Shown one piece after another: positions 22,643-32,651 of a stretch of 64,000 nt of DNA. Under the pieces are notes generated by a model. It was not told the DNA's origin and made no database searches. It saw nothing but the letters and a program-made list of their open reading frames with translations. The translations under genes and the position numbers were made by a program. How positions within the stretch are numbered: position 1 is the stretch's first letter; every line of letters starts with the position of its first letter. This DNA comes from Calditrichia bacterium (lineage in GTDB: Bacteria > Calditrichota > Calditrichia > JAJRVZ01), in assembly GCA_963796965.1 (NCBI GenBank), contig CAWCNS010000007.1, forward strand, positions 352,001 to 416,000, read 5' to 3'.

Positions 22643-23704
22643 TTAGATCTGTGAACCTAATTCCGGATACATACGCATGGCATTTTCGTAATATATCTTT
22701 TTTAAAACAGATACAGGTAAATCTAAACCCTGGTATGACTTAACTTTATCATTTTGTATCATAATTTTATCAGTCGCAAAATAATCCCAATCTTTCAACC
22801 AAACATCTTGAATAATGTTTTTTATTTTAGTGATATTTGTCGGACTTTTATCACGGTCTCTAATGCCAGCATCTGTTCCATATAGCAGCCGATCCTGATA
22901 TTTTATTATAAATTCACGGACTTTTTCCCTTTCCTGAACTTTAAAATGACTTATACGCGCCGCCATATCTAATGACATGTTTTGAAACCTGTCCAACGCC
23001 TTCGCCTGCTCATCCACATTCCACTCCATACTGCCCAGATGACAGGCTACATATCTCAAGTTCGGGTGATTAGCAAGCATGCGATCCCTTGCGGCAAGCA
23101 ACCCTTCATATGCAGGAAAGTCGGGATGCAAATACATGTGGTATTCAGGATGTCTGGAAAAATAATCTGCTGTCGCCTTTCACTGTAATTGAATCTACCG
23201 GTAGCCAGCAATTTCTCGGTTCCCCATTGTGGTTAACATTGTTTTATTTTGCGATTCTATGAAATCAATAATCGGATCAAAGCGAGGATCATCGATCATA
23301 ATAAAGCTGCCATCTTTGTCTCTAAAGGTCATCCCAATATCTTTCCAGAATTTCACAGTTATGGCACCGGCTTTAAAACTACTATCCAGCCAGGCAACTA
23401 CTTTTTCCTGCCAGCCAGGTTCACCAAATCCATCCATAGTAAAAGTGGTAGCAAAAGCAATGATTTCTGGATGACTATCATACAACGCTCTGGCATAATT
23501 AAATTCTTCACTAATAACAGGCTGAGGCTCTGAACGGGTAACCAAACTCAATAGTTTAAAGTTATTTTCCTTCACCAATTCTACAAATGAATCATCCGAA
23601 GTTTCAAGATGAACATGTGCATCAATTTTGGGAAACGTTTTAAAATCGGGTTTTAGAGTACAGGCAAATAGTAACAGAAATAATAAGATTACTATTATCT
23701 TCAT
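22643..23704 (-). CDS. Amidohydrolase-2 family lipoprotein; frameshifted near 23215
   Basis: KIDAHVH, VKFWK.IG, IDDPRFDP, CHLGS, DR.LYGTD, KIY.ENA; lipobox LFAC. Confidence 0.85.
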
Positions 23705-23954
23705 TTTTTATTAAACTCCTTTGCGTTTTTGCGAAAGCTGAATTACTCAAATTAATATTTATCTCTGCGTTCTTTGCGGACTCTGCGTTGAAAACAATCT
23801 ACCTTTTATAACTAAATCTCGACAAATTCGTAGATAAAATCATTTAATTTAATTCAGATCTATCATTTCTAAAAGAATAAGATTCCGAAACAAGTTCGGA
23901 ATGACCTAAACGTTTGATTTCCTTTTTTCAACTGTTTTATGTATAGTCATCCCT

Positions 23955-25800
23955 TTAACAGTAATGTGAATATTTATTTGACAAATATCTGGATATCTTC
24001 TCCAATAACTGCTTACTTTCATTCACGATTTCGGTAATTGATTCAGTCTGAGCCGCTTCATACGAATATTTACTTAATAATGTATTCAACTCAGATAGTA
24101 CTTGAGTGGCTTCATTTGATTTCAGATTTGTAAGTTTCTCCTTAACAATTCGTATTTTCTCATAATCCTGGATACCTTCTCTCAATCGTTCGAATCTTAT
24201 TGAACTTCTCGGACCCGGATAGACAAGAAATCCTTCTCCTGCATTCCATTTTATATACCGTGTATCATATAAAGGCTGCTCAACCCAACTATTATAAGCC
24301 CAGCGTAGAAAGCCTGAGAACTCATCAGCAGCTGCCATCCATCCCATCCAGGCAGATTCCGCCGGAGCAGAATGTGGATAATTATTTGGTTGTGGTTCAA
24401 CACAGCATGGATAAAATGTCGAAATGAGTCCCTTCTTCGTCCTCTCTTGAATGATCTCGGGCTTTGTGTACCTTCCTAGCGACACACTGAAACTATAAAT
24501 TTCATGATGTAATTCTTCCTGCCAGTCCTCAGAGGCCAGATTAATTTTTAATTTGGGGCTTGCATCATGGATGAGAGCGATGATCTCTTTCATCAATTCA
24601 TAGGGTCGCTCATCCATGGCGATAGATGTCATCTCAAGCCATCCTTTATTTTCAAGATGATTGGTAAAATCTGTCAAAAAGGGCTTCCAGTGGGCGGCAT
24701 ATTCTGGTGTGCCAGGTTCGGCATAAACATATTCATAAGATCCGGTTACCGCATCAAAATAACGGAAGTTATTGTGGCGGAATGCTATCATAGAATAGCA
24801 ACTAATGTGTTTATTTATTCCACATTCCATGCACAATTGAACCCACCTGTCAAAGATGGTATAATCAAACTTCCATCTACCGTCACTTTTTCTAATCCAT
24901 TTGATCATTGTGCTATACGGATCATATGTTTGTGCATTCCAGGGATGCTGAATGATAGAAGTAGTAATATATTTTTGTCCTGCTTCGGCTAACATTTTCA
25001 ACAATGGCTTTAATAGCAAGATATGCTCCTCGGACCACGGTTGAACATCGTGATAGCGTGCCACGGCCCAGGGATTCTGCCATAAATCTAGTTCAAATCT
25101 CCATTCCGACGGAGGTGGCATTTCCAGAGGCAAGACTTCAATTTGAATATTCAGGGCTACTTTGTTTTCACCTTTGGCTTTAATTGTAAATTTTCCCTGG
25201 TATGTTCCGGGGGAAGCATCAGGTGGAATGTCGATGGTTACCCAAGCCGGCCGGGTAGATTTAGCCGGTATATCAAAAGATTCAAGATTATCCAGAATGT
25301 CTGCCACTAATATCGGTGGCTTCTTCTGTGTGTTGTTGCTGCATCCATAAAAATAATCATCTGACAAGACATATCTGACGAACTTTGTCTTAATATTATC
25401 TGAGGCTATAATTTGGTTCTTGTCATTTTTTAATTCCGTAGGCAAGCACCTGCACCTGCCATGCACCACGGTTAGTCCACAACACCATCTGAAGATTGAC
25501 TCTTTCTCCTCTCCAGGCAGTACCCTTCCATAATTGTGTCGTATTAAGCAATGGTACATTATCACGATCATACCGTTCATCTACGCTCCCCACAGATACC
25601 TGAAGGTCATCGGGAAGATACGACCAGCGGTCTATATCGATATGGCTGAGCATTGCTGGATTTTCCGGCTCGTAGAGGGGTGCTGCTTTGGTTTTCTGGG
25701 CCCATATATTTAATGGAAGAAGGAGGAGGATTAAAAAGATTAGAGCCAGAAGGAATATATTACCTCGAATAATACTATTTTTAAAAAGAAAATCATTCAT
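23955..25800 (-). CDS. GH123 (DUF4091) beta-N-acetylgalactosaminidase-like enzyme; frameshifted
   Basis: AWRGER, LDLWQNPWAVAR, MDERP, GFLRWAYN.W, LVYPG.RSS.RFE.LREGIQDYEK. Confidence 0.85.
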
Positions 25801-26018
25801 CTCTACCTCCAACTCTCTATAATGGTAATGCAAAAAATAATCAAAGGGTACCTAGTAGGCCCCCCGGGCGAGACTACGGCATCTGGCCGTTCGGATTTAA
25901 AAAAAATAAAAGATTTACCACAGTTTCTATATTGAAATAAAGATGCCTCCTTGCTATAGTATATAAAAATGTTATATACGACGGGCCTATTAATCCCTAG
26001 CATAGTCAAGGAGGCAAA

Positions 26019-27086
26019 ATGGAAAACTTTAAAGATATTAAATCTTTTGTAGCAAGTAAGCAAGTATTTTGTGGTATCGACATTCATTATAGTCATTGGA
26101 ATTTATGTTTTGTTTGTGATGGGGAAGTTACCGAAAAAGTAAGGATTCCCAACAGTTATGAAAGCCTAAAGATGAGACTAAACAAGTATTCACAAGCCAG
26201 AAAGATCAGTATCGTATATGAAGCCGGATTCAGTGGTTTCTGGCTTTATCGCAATTTAATCTCAGATAAGTATGATTGTATCGTAACCCCTCCAAGTAAA
26301 ATGTTAAAATCAGAGAACAAAGTAAAAACAGATAAACGTGATGCCGAAAAACTGGCCTTCTATTTATCCGCAGGGTTGCTAAAAACCGTTGCAGTTCCAC
26401 CCTTGGAAATAGAATCTGATCGTCGTGTTGTAAGGCGACGTGCACAACTTGTCAAGAAACAAACCAGAGCAAAGAATCATATTAAATCATTTTTACATTT
26501 ACATGGTATAAAAGCCCCAAAAGATATAAAGACACATTGGAGTAATCTTTATTTATCTTGGCTTGACTCACTTCGTTTTGACCATGAATCTGACAACTTT
26601 ACCTTACATCAGTTAGTTAAAAATTATCGCCGTATTCGTGAAGATCTCGTTGAAGTTACCCGCTATCTCAGGATGCTTTCGCGAAGCGATAAATACAAGG
26701 AAAACTATAAGCGACTAATCGCAGCCCCTGGTGTTGGTCTTATTACCTCAATGACCTTTTTGCTTGAGATATTCAATTTTCAAAGATTTGCCAAAGAGGA
26801 CCATTTCTCAAGTTATCTAGGTATGACACCTTCACAGTTCTCTTCAGGAAATAAAGTTCGACTTGGTCATATAACACATCAGGGTAATGCAAACTTAAGA
26901 AGAGTTCTTATAGAAAGTGCCTGGACGGTTATTAAGCATGATCCTCACTTGCGTGATAAATATAACCGTATTAAAGCACGAGGCACCAATGGTAAAAAGG
27001 CCATCGTTGCTGTTGCCAGATCTCTGGCTGTACGTTTGCGACGCTGTATCTTAGATGAAACGGATTATGTGATCGGCGTATGTTAA
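26019..27086 (+). CDS. IS110-family DEDD transposase/recombinase; intact
   Basis: GIDIH, VYEAG, KTDKRDA, PGVG, YLG.TP...SSG, G.ITHQGN..LR..L.E.AW, KKA.VAVAR.L. Confidence 0.96.
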   Translation: MENFKDIKSFVASKQVFCGIDIHYSHWNLCFVCDGEVTEKVRIPNSYESLKMRLNKYSQARKISIVYEAGFSGFWLYRNLISDKYDCIVTPPSKMLKSENKVKTDKRDAEKLAFYLSAGLLKTVAVPPLEIESDRRVVRRRAQLVKKQTRAKNHIKSFLHLHGIKAPKDIKTHWSNLYLSWLDSLRFDHESDNFTLHQLVKNYRRIREDLVEVTRYLRMLSRSDKYKENYKRLIAAPGVGLITSMTFLLEIFNFQRFAKEDHFSSYLGMTPSQFSSGNKVRLGHITHQGNANLRRVLIESAWTVIKHDPHLRDKYNRIKARGTNGKKAIVAVARSLAVRLRRCILDETDYVIGVC

Positions 27087-27109
27087 AACAATAAAAGCTT
27101 GTTATGATA

Positions 27110-27265
27110 TTAAAATGACAACCGCGTGTGAACTATAAACGTGTTTTGTATCAGCAACTCTGCCTTCACAGTATGCGGTGTCACTTGTTTCAAGTTACGA
27201 AATCGAAACTTGTCGGCCAGTTTAACTGGACCACGAATAGCAGACAGTCAAAAACAAGCAAGGGT
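27110..27265 (+). ncRNA. Putative bridge/seek RNA of the IS1111-type element
   Basis: Two consecutive stem-loops (27116-27132 with 27165-27183; 27184-27190 with 27252-27258) between the transposase stop and the right IR. Confidence 0.6.
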
Positions 27266-27485
27266 GTTTATTTAAAATAAATGCAAATGGAATTTGCATT
27301 TCAATATAGCAAAGTTCACAAAGAAGGCACCAAGATCACAAAGTTTTTATAAAGAAATTTTTCTCTGTGGTCTCTGTGGTTTAAAAATTTTGTCCATTTT
27401 TCGTTATTCTCGTCCCGATTCTATCAGAATGACACCACCTTATTTAACTGTTTAATGAAGGTTTTATTCTACCGAAGTCTTATTA

Positions 27486-28613
27486 TTAAGCCGTAAGAAA
27501 AATCTTGCGTTTGTACATCCAGTATAAAATCATCCATTCAACGATTAGGACAGATGTTGCCTCAAATAATGGCCCAAAGATTCCTATATTTTGTGCGATA
27601 CCTTCACTAAAAATACCGACAATTTTATTTAATGGGACCAATGTCCGTCCCATATACACCGCCAGCGCATTCATGCCGATGACCACAAAAGGAAACGCCC
27701 ACTTCTGCGCTCCACGAATGTCAATAATCCAGTAAAACAAGGCAAATATCAGGCAAGACCAGCCTGCAGAGGCCAAACCATAAGAAGCCGTCCACAATTT
27801 CATGATTATAGGAATAATTGGATTCAGAGCTAATCCGGCTACAACCAGGGAAACGCCAACAATGATGATTGTGAGAAACTTCTTCTCTGGCGTTTTGTCA
27901 GATCTTAAAACTCTGCCGATCAATAATCCCAGAATGGTTGTGGAAATGGTTGGAATAGCGCTTAAAATTGTCCCCCAACCTTCCGCAAGTGTCCTTCCAA
28001 GTAAAAGCTGGTCAACATAAGTTACGAGATTATGATTAAGGACATAGGATCCGGCCCCTATGCCAGGTGCGGGGACAAATGCCAGCAGCAGCGCGTACCC
28101 GACTAAAATTCCAGCAGCGGTAGAAATTTGAAAGCGCCATGATTTTCGGACAAGGAGAAACGCGAAAAAATAGGCAATCGCAATCGGCTGCAATGCACTA
28201 CTTAATTCTATGAGGAAGGGATGATTAAGGCTCACTGATTCGCGAAGCGAACCGAGTAAAAAAAGTATAGCTACACGCTTTAGCACACGTAATGTTATCT
28301 GTCGATGAGATTTAGTCCGTATTTGTTTCGCATATGAGAACGGTAAGGACATACCGACCATCAACATGAATGAGGGCCAGATCAGATCAAAATATCTTAA
28401 TCCCTGCCATTTTGTATGATCGAGATGATAAACAATCATATCGATTATAACATTATGACCTAAAGCAGCCAATCCTGTCATGATAGAGCCACCACCAACA
28501 ATCCAGAACATGGTCCAACCGCGAAAAGCATCCAGTGAAATAAGGCGCTTTGCGGGGGGCCGCACTTTGTAAGATTTCGTCACATTTAGATTTTCAGTGT
28601 TTTTTCCAGGCAT
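27486..28613 (-). CDS. DUF5009 / heparan-alpha-glucosaminide N-acetyltransferase (HGSNAT)-like membrane protein
   Basis: RL.SLDAFRG.TM, H..W.G...DLI.P.F...VG.S.P, PI...LWT.SY, V.GMN.L..Y, MYKRKIFL. Confidence 0.87.
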   Translation of the reverse strand: MPGKNTENLNVTKSYKVRPPAKRLISLDAFRGWTMFWIVGGGSIMTGLAALGHNVIIDMIVYHLDHTKWQGLRYFDLIWPSFMLMVGMSLPFSYAKQIRTKSHRQITLRVLKRVAILFLLGSLRESVSLNHPFLIELSSALQPIAIAYFFAFLLVRKSWRFQISTAAGILVGYALLLAFVPAPGIGAGSYVLNHNLVTYVDQLLLGRTLAEGWGTILSAIPTISTTILGLLIGRVLRSDKTPEKKFLTIIIVGVSLVVAGLALNPIIPIIMKLWTASYGLASAGWSCLIFALFYWIIDIRGAQKWAFPFVVIGMNALAVYMGRTLVPLNKIVGIFSEGIAQNIGIFGPLFEATSVLIVEWMILYWMYKRKIFLTA

Positions 28614-28630
28614 TATTGGATATTTTCCTA

Positions 28631-30483
28631 TTATAAGTCCTGGTTAATGCTGATTTTGTGTTTTCCTAATCCCTTTGGAATTATTATTGTTTGTTTTTCC
28701 GGTACCTTATCTTCAAATGTCGCTCTGACTTGGTCTGACAAATGCATTGTCCACTTAGATTCATGGGAATCGAAATATTGACAATAATGGCTGTCATAGT
28801 CGACCGTCAGACACAAAATCTCACATGCCTCTTTAGATTTTGCGACCTGTGTATGTAGATAGCCGCAGTATTCACTTGCTGACATATAATGTGTATTGTC
28901 ACCAAGATTTGTTAGAAGACGATCCAATGCTTTTGCATCCATGGAAACATCCCGATCGTGAAATATGAGAAAATATGGTGCATCGATGGTCCATGGAATG
29001 TCCAGTTCCCGGTTAGTTTTTCATCAAAATGCCAGCTACTACGCCGGACAATCGGCTCCATGGAGGGTATGACGATATCCATTCCAAGATATCCCGGCGA
29101 ATTAAAATGAGACAAGCCAAAGCCCATGCTGGCAGCAATCCGGGAGCTGTTGTTTGGATAGGAGAGCGACAATGCACTTCCGCCGTTGATTACAAATACA
29201 GGTGTCACACCAAAATCATTTTTTATATACTCAAGCCCTCTGGCCAGAAGGAATCTTTGCGTAATTGCCGGGATTTCAACTTTTCTTACAGGATCGCCGA
29301 ATTCATAATCCCAACCGAGGGTGCCGACACCATCCATAGGTGCATCCCAGAAAGGTCCTGGTGGAGATTCCAGATCTGGCAGCATATGCGTATATCCGTG
29401 ACTTTGAATTTCAATGACGCCTGCCCGAAGTCCAGCATCCAAGCCACGCTTTGCTGAAATGTAGTCGTGTACAGTTTCTCCATCGATCTCATCTATAACC
29501 TTTTGTTTCCAGGGACTAACTATTCTTTTCCCTTTCCGATCCACATATCCACTTACGATATTCAGATTCAGCAAAGCCCCATGTTTCTTCAAAGGATTAA
29601 TAATTCCTTGACGTATATCGTCTTCATTGAGTGTTCGGTAATGCCAATACGGCAGATAGGTACGATCAGAGGTACCAAAATCATCCATAAACATCAGAAT
29701 GCTCTTTTGATATTCAGCATAGAGGGCATAACCATTTGCCCACACGAGACAGCGCTTCAACAAATCTCGCATAATTTGGATATTTATTTGAGATTTTTGA
29801 CGATGCGTACCAAGCCAGGCAACCCGACCAGCATTTTCGAATTCCCGAATTGTCAGGAAAGGTAAATGGCCTCTTGTTATAATAGGCTGGGCCGTTGTAA
29901 GCGTTACTTTATTGCCATAAGCATAATAGTCGATCTGGGCAAGAAACTCGCCCTGCCTATCCTTAATCCCTCTTGTGATAAAGTGTTCCCCTTCAAAGGC
30001 AAGTCCATAATTTAACCGGTACTCGCTAATGTATTCAATACCGGCAAGATCCGCGATCTCGGGTGGAGAAACTGCATCACCAAGAATAACCAGGTTTACA
30101 GCGTGTTCCTTGACCAAAATTGGTAATAAATGCAGATTCTCTCCTTCAAGACCAGCAGGATCCGCATCCCATATTATCGTACTGTAGCGGGGAATTCCTT
30201 CTCTGTCCATTAAATGGTACCTGTCAAAATTCTGCTGATCTAACCGCATAATATCAAATGGTAATCCCCAATTTTTAAGTAAAGTAACGAGGGTGCGAAA
30301 CTCATTACTGTCTTCGATCAAATAGCTGGACGGATCATTCCATTGGTTGGATACAACCAGCAGAAAACGATAAGGCAACTGTGTCTGATTGTTTGCACCT
30401 AAACTAGAAAAAGAGAAATGTAGAATTATTACAAGAAAAAGAAGGATTGTCACTTTAGCCGAAGGTCTTGAATACTTTTTCAT
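28631..30483 (-). CDS. Secreted protein with a polysaccharide-deacetylase-like domain; frameshifted
   Basis: Signal peptide; LMFMDDFG and EIQSHGYTH NodB-like motifs; continues in ORF 28631..28942. Confidence 0.6.
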
Positions 30484-30524
30484 AATCTTAGGCCTTTATT
30501 TTAGAGGAGTGGTTTGACAAGATA

Positions 30525-30570
30525 AATCTAATGATCTTATATTAAACTGAGATTAAAATCACATTAAAAT
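30525..30570 (-). promoter_or_regulatory. Second Pho-box-like triple direct repeat plus -10 element
   Basis: attaaa at 30541, 30552, 30563 (11-bp period); on the minus strand 10 nt then TAGATT. Confidence 0.6.
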
Positions 30571-30800
30571 CTTTTAATCTTGGAGCAATCTTCAGTATAG
30601 TCCTATCGTAAGTTTGTATCATCTGGCTATCCGTTTCAGATTTCTTAGACAGGATAACAGGATTTACATGATTAAATATTTAAATAAAGTGTTGATTTTC
30701 TTCTTGAAAATAATTCCAACTATTTGTTAGTTATTTTAAAGCATATCCTGTTTATCCTGTTATCCTGTCAAATTTTTATTAATTTTAGTAGCATATGATA

Positions 30801-32310
30801 CTATCTAATTAATATTAATTTTTTTATGTCTGTAAAACCGTTCTCCGTTACCATTCTATAAAAGTAAACGCCACTAGCGAAACCACTGGCATCCCATGTC
30901 ACTTGATAATTACCAGCCGGCTTATTCTCAGACACTAATGTCGCTACCTTTTGCCCAGTTAAATTAAAAATGCTCAGTTCAACATAATTGGTTATTGATA
31001 ATTGATAATTGATCATTGTTATGGGATTAAATGGATTTGGGTAATTCTGGTAAAGCACTATTTTAGAAGGATTAATATTATTCTTTTCAATTCCCGTATT
31101 TATCGAGCCATATTCAATGGCACCAAGGTCTGGTGCGGTGCCAATGTAATCAGATTCCAGGATATCGAGAACGGTTTGCCCCTGCCAGGAATAGGCTGCA
31201 GAACCGGCATCGATGGCTTCACTGCCTGTTGACAATTCATAGGTCGTGGTATTCTCAAATTTAGGATCAAAATAATATAAATTTGATCCCTGGCTAATAT
31301 CAGCATCATAATCAGAAGGGTTATTGTGAAAATCACAATAGTCTACTATGGCGTTATCATTCTCATTCGTAACATAGCCTGCCTCGTGCAATCCCCTTTG
31401 TTATACAGGATGAAAATATATTGTTTAGAATAACAAGATTTGGTGCCTGTGTTAGGCCATAATTACAGTTATCAAAAGTATTATTATAGATTGTTGCCTT
31501 TTCCTCCATATCTGAACCTTGATAATCTTCATTTGTCTCCGTATTATACATGCAACTGACACCGGAGCCCTGACAATTTTTGAATATATTGCCATAAATC
31601 TGAAATTCCCGGAAAGAGTCTTCGGGGTAATTTATTAACTGAATACCACTTTCACCAGGATTGATAAGTGTGTTATATCTAAAAATATGAGTCGTAAGTG
31701 GCGCTGATTTGGGTTGTAATCGGACCTCGATGCCATCCTGATGCGAATTGACTATCGTGTTATATTCGATGATCCAATTCCCGGAATTATCACAATCAAT
31801 GCCATCATCACCGGCACCTTCAAAATAACAGTATCCTACATAACCCCCGGCTGGTTGGTCTGACGATCCTTCAAAACTCAATTGATCTTTTCCGTCTATA
31901 AATTTACAGTGAATGATTTCCGTATAACTATTTGTTATGCCCATGGAATGTTCATCATTTCCTTCAATTCTTAAGCCAATAATTTTTGTATCTGTTGCCT
32001 CTGAGTTAATAAGAAACCATTCTTTTGGTGCTATGGGAGAGGCTTTTATAATCGTATTATCTATATCGGTCATATCTTCACTGTCAATAAATTTTGAAGT
32101 TATTACCAGCCTTTTATTCACCAAAAGACTGTCATTGACATAAGTTCCCCGACCTATTAAAATCGTATCACCCTCGGTGGCAGAATCAATACCTTCTTGA
32201 ATGGTTAGATAATTATCAGGAATATGGATGATATCGGCCAGAGATAAAATCGGAAAATATGCAATCAGCGATATACTTAGTAATAATTTAAAAGACTGCC
32301 ATAAAAGCAT
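30801..32310 (-). CDS. Right-handed beta-helix protein with YPNPFNP secretion C-terminal domain; frameshifted; paralog of 20417-22335
   Basis: TIQEGID.A..GDTIL...GTY, AGDDGIDCDNS, KSAPLTTHIFRYN; C-terminal LYQNYPNPFNP...ASGVYFYRM. Confidence 0.82.
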
Positions 32311-32371
32311 AATATATTTTTTCCTTTTGTTGTTTTTTTCGATTGAAATTATTCTTTACATCCCCCATTCA

Positions 32372-32527
32372 GGGGATGTTGCAGTTTAAATAATTTTAAC
32401 TAAAACATGATATAATGTATTCGAATAAGCAAAATCTAATTCCCCCATTGAAGGGGTGTGGGGGGATGTAATAATATCTTAAGTTGTTTAAAAACATCCC
32501 CCTAACCCCCTTTAATAAGGGGGAATT
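32372..32527. repeat. CCCC/GGGG-hairpin element including an 'empty' inverted pair
   Basis: attcccccattgaaggggtgtggggggatgt - about 22 nt - aacatccccctaaccccctttaataagggggaatt. Confidence 0.85.
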
Positions 32528-32651
32528 AGATCGTCGCTCTCATTTAAATATTTTAATATTTCTATAACGCAATTTGTTATCTTTATTCTGAAGTATTACA
32601 CTGCCGTAGGGAGGAATTATATCGCCCTTTAATTCCCATATCCAAATTCCT

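Larger units (their letters stand above)
25921..27311 (+). mobile_element. IS110-family insertion sequence, IS1111-type
   Basis: Perfect 12-bp sub-terminal IR ctatattgaaat (25927-25938) / atttcaatatag (27298-27309); CA dinucleotide at both ends; long 3' non-coding region. Confidence 0.88.
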
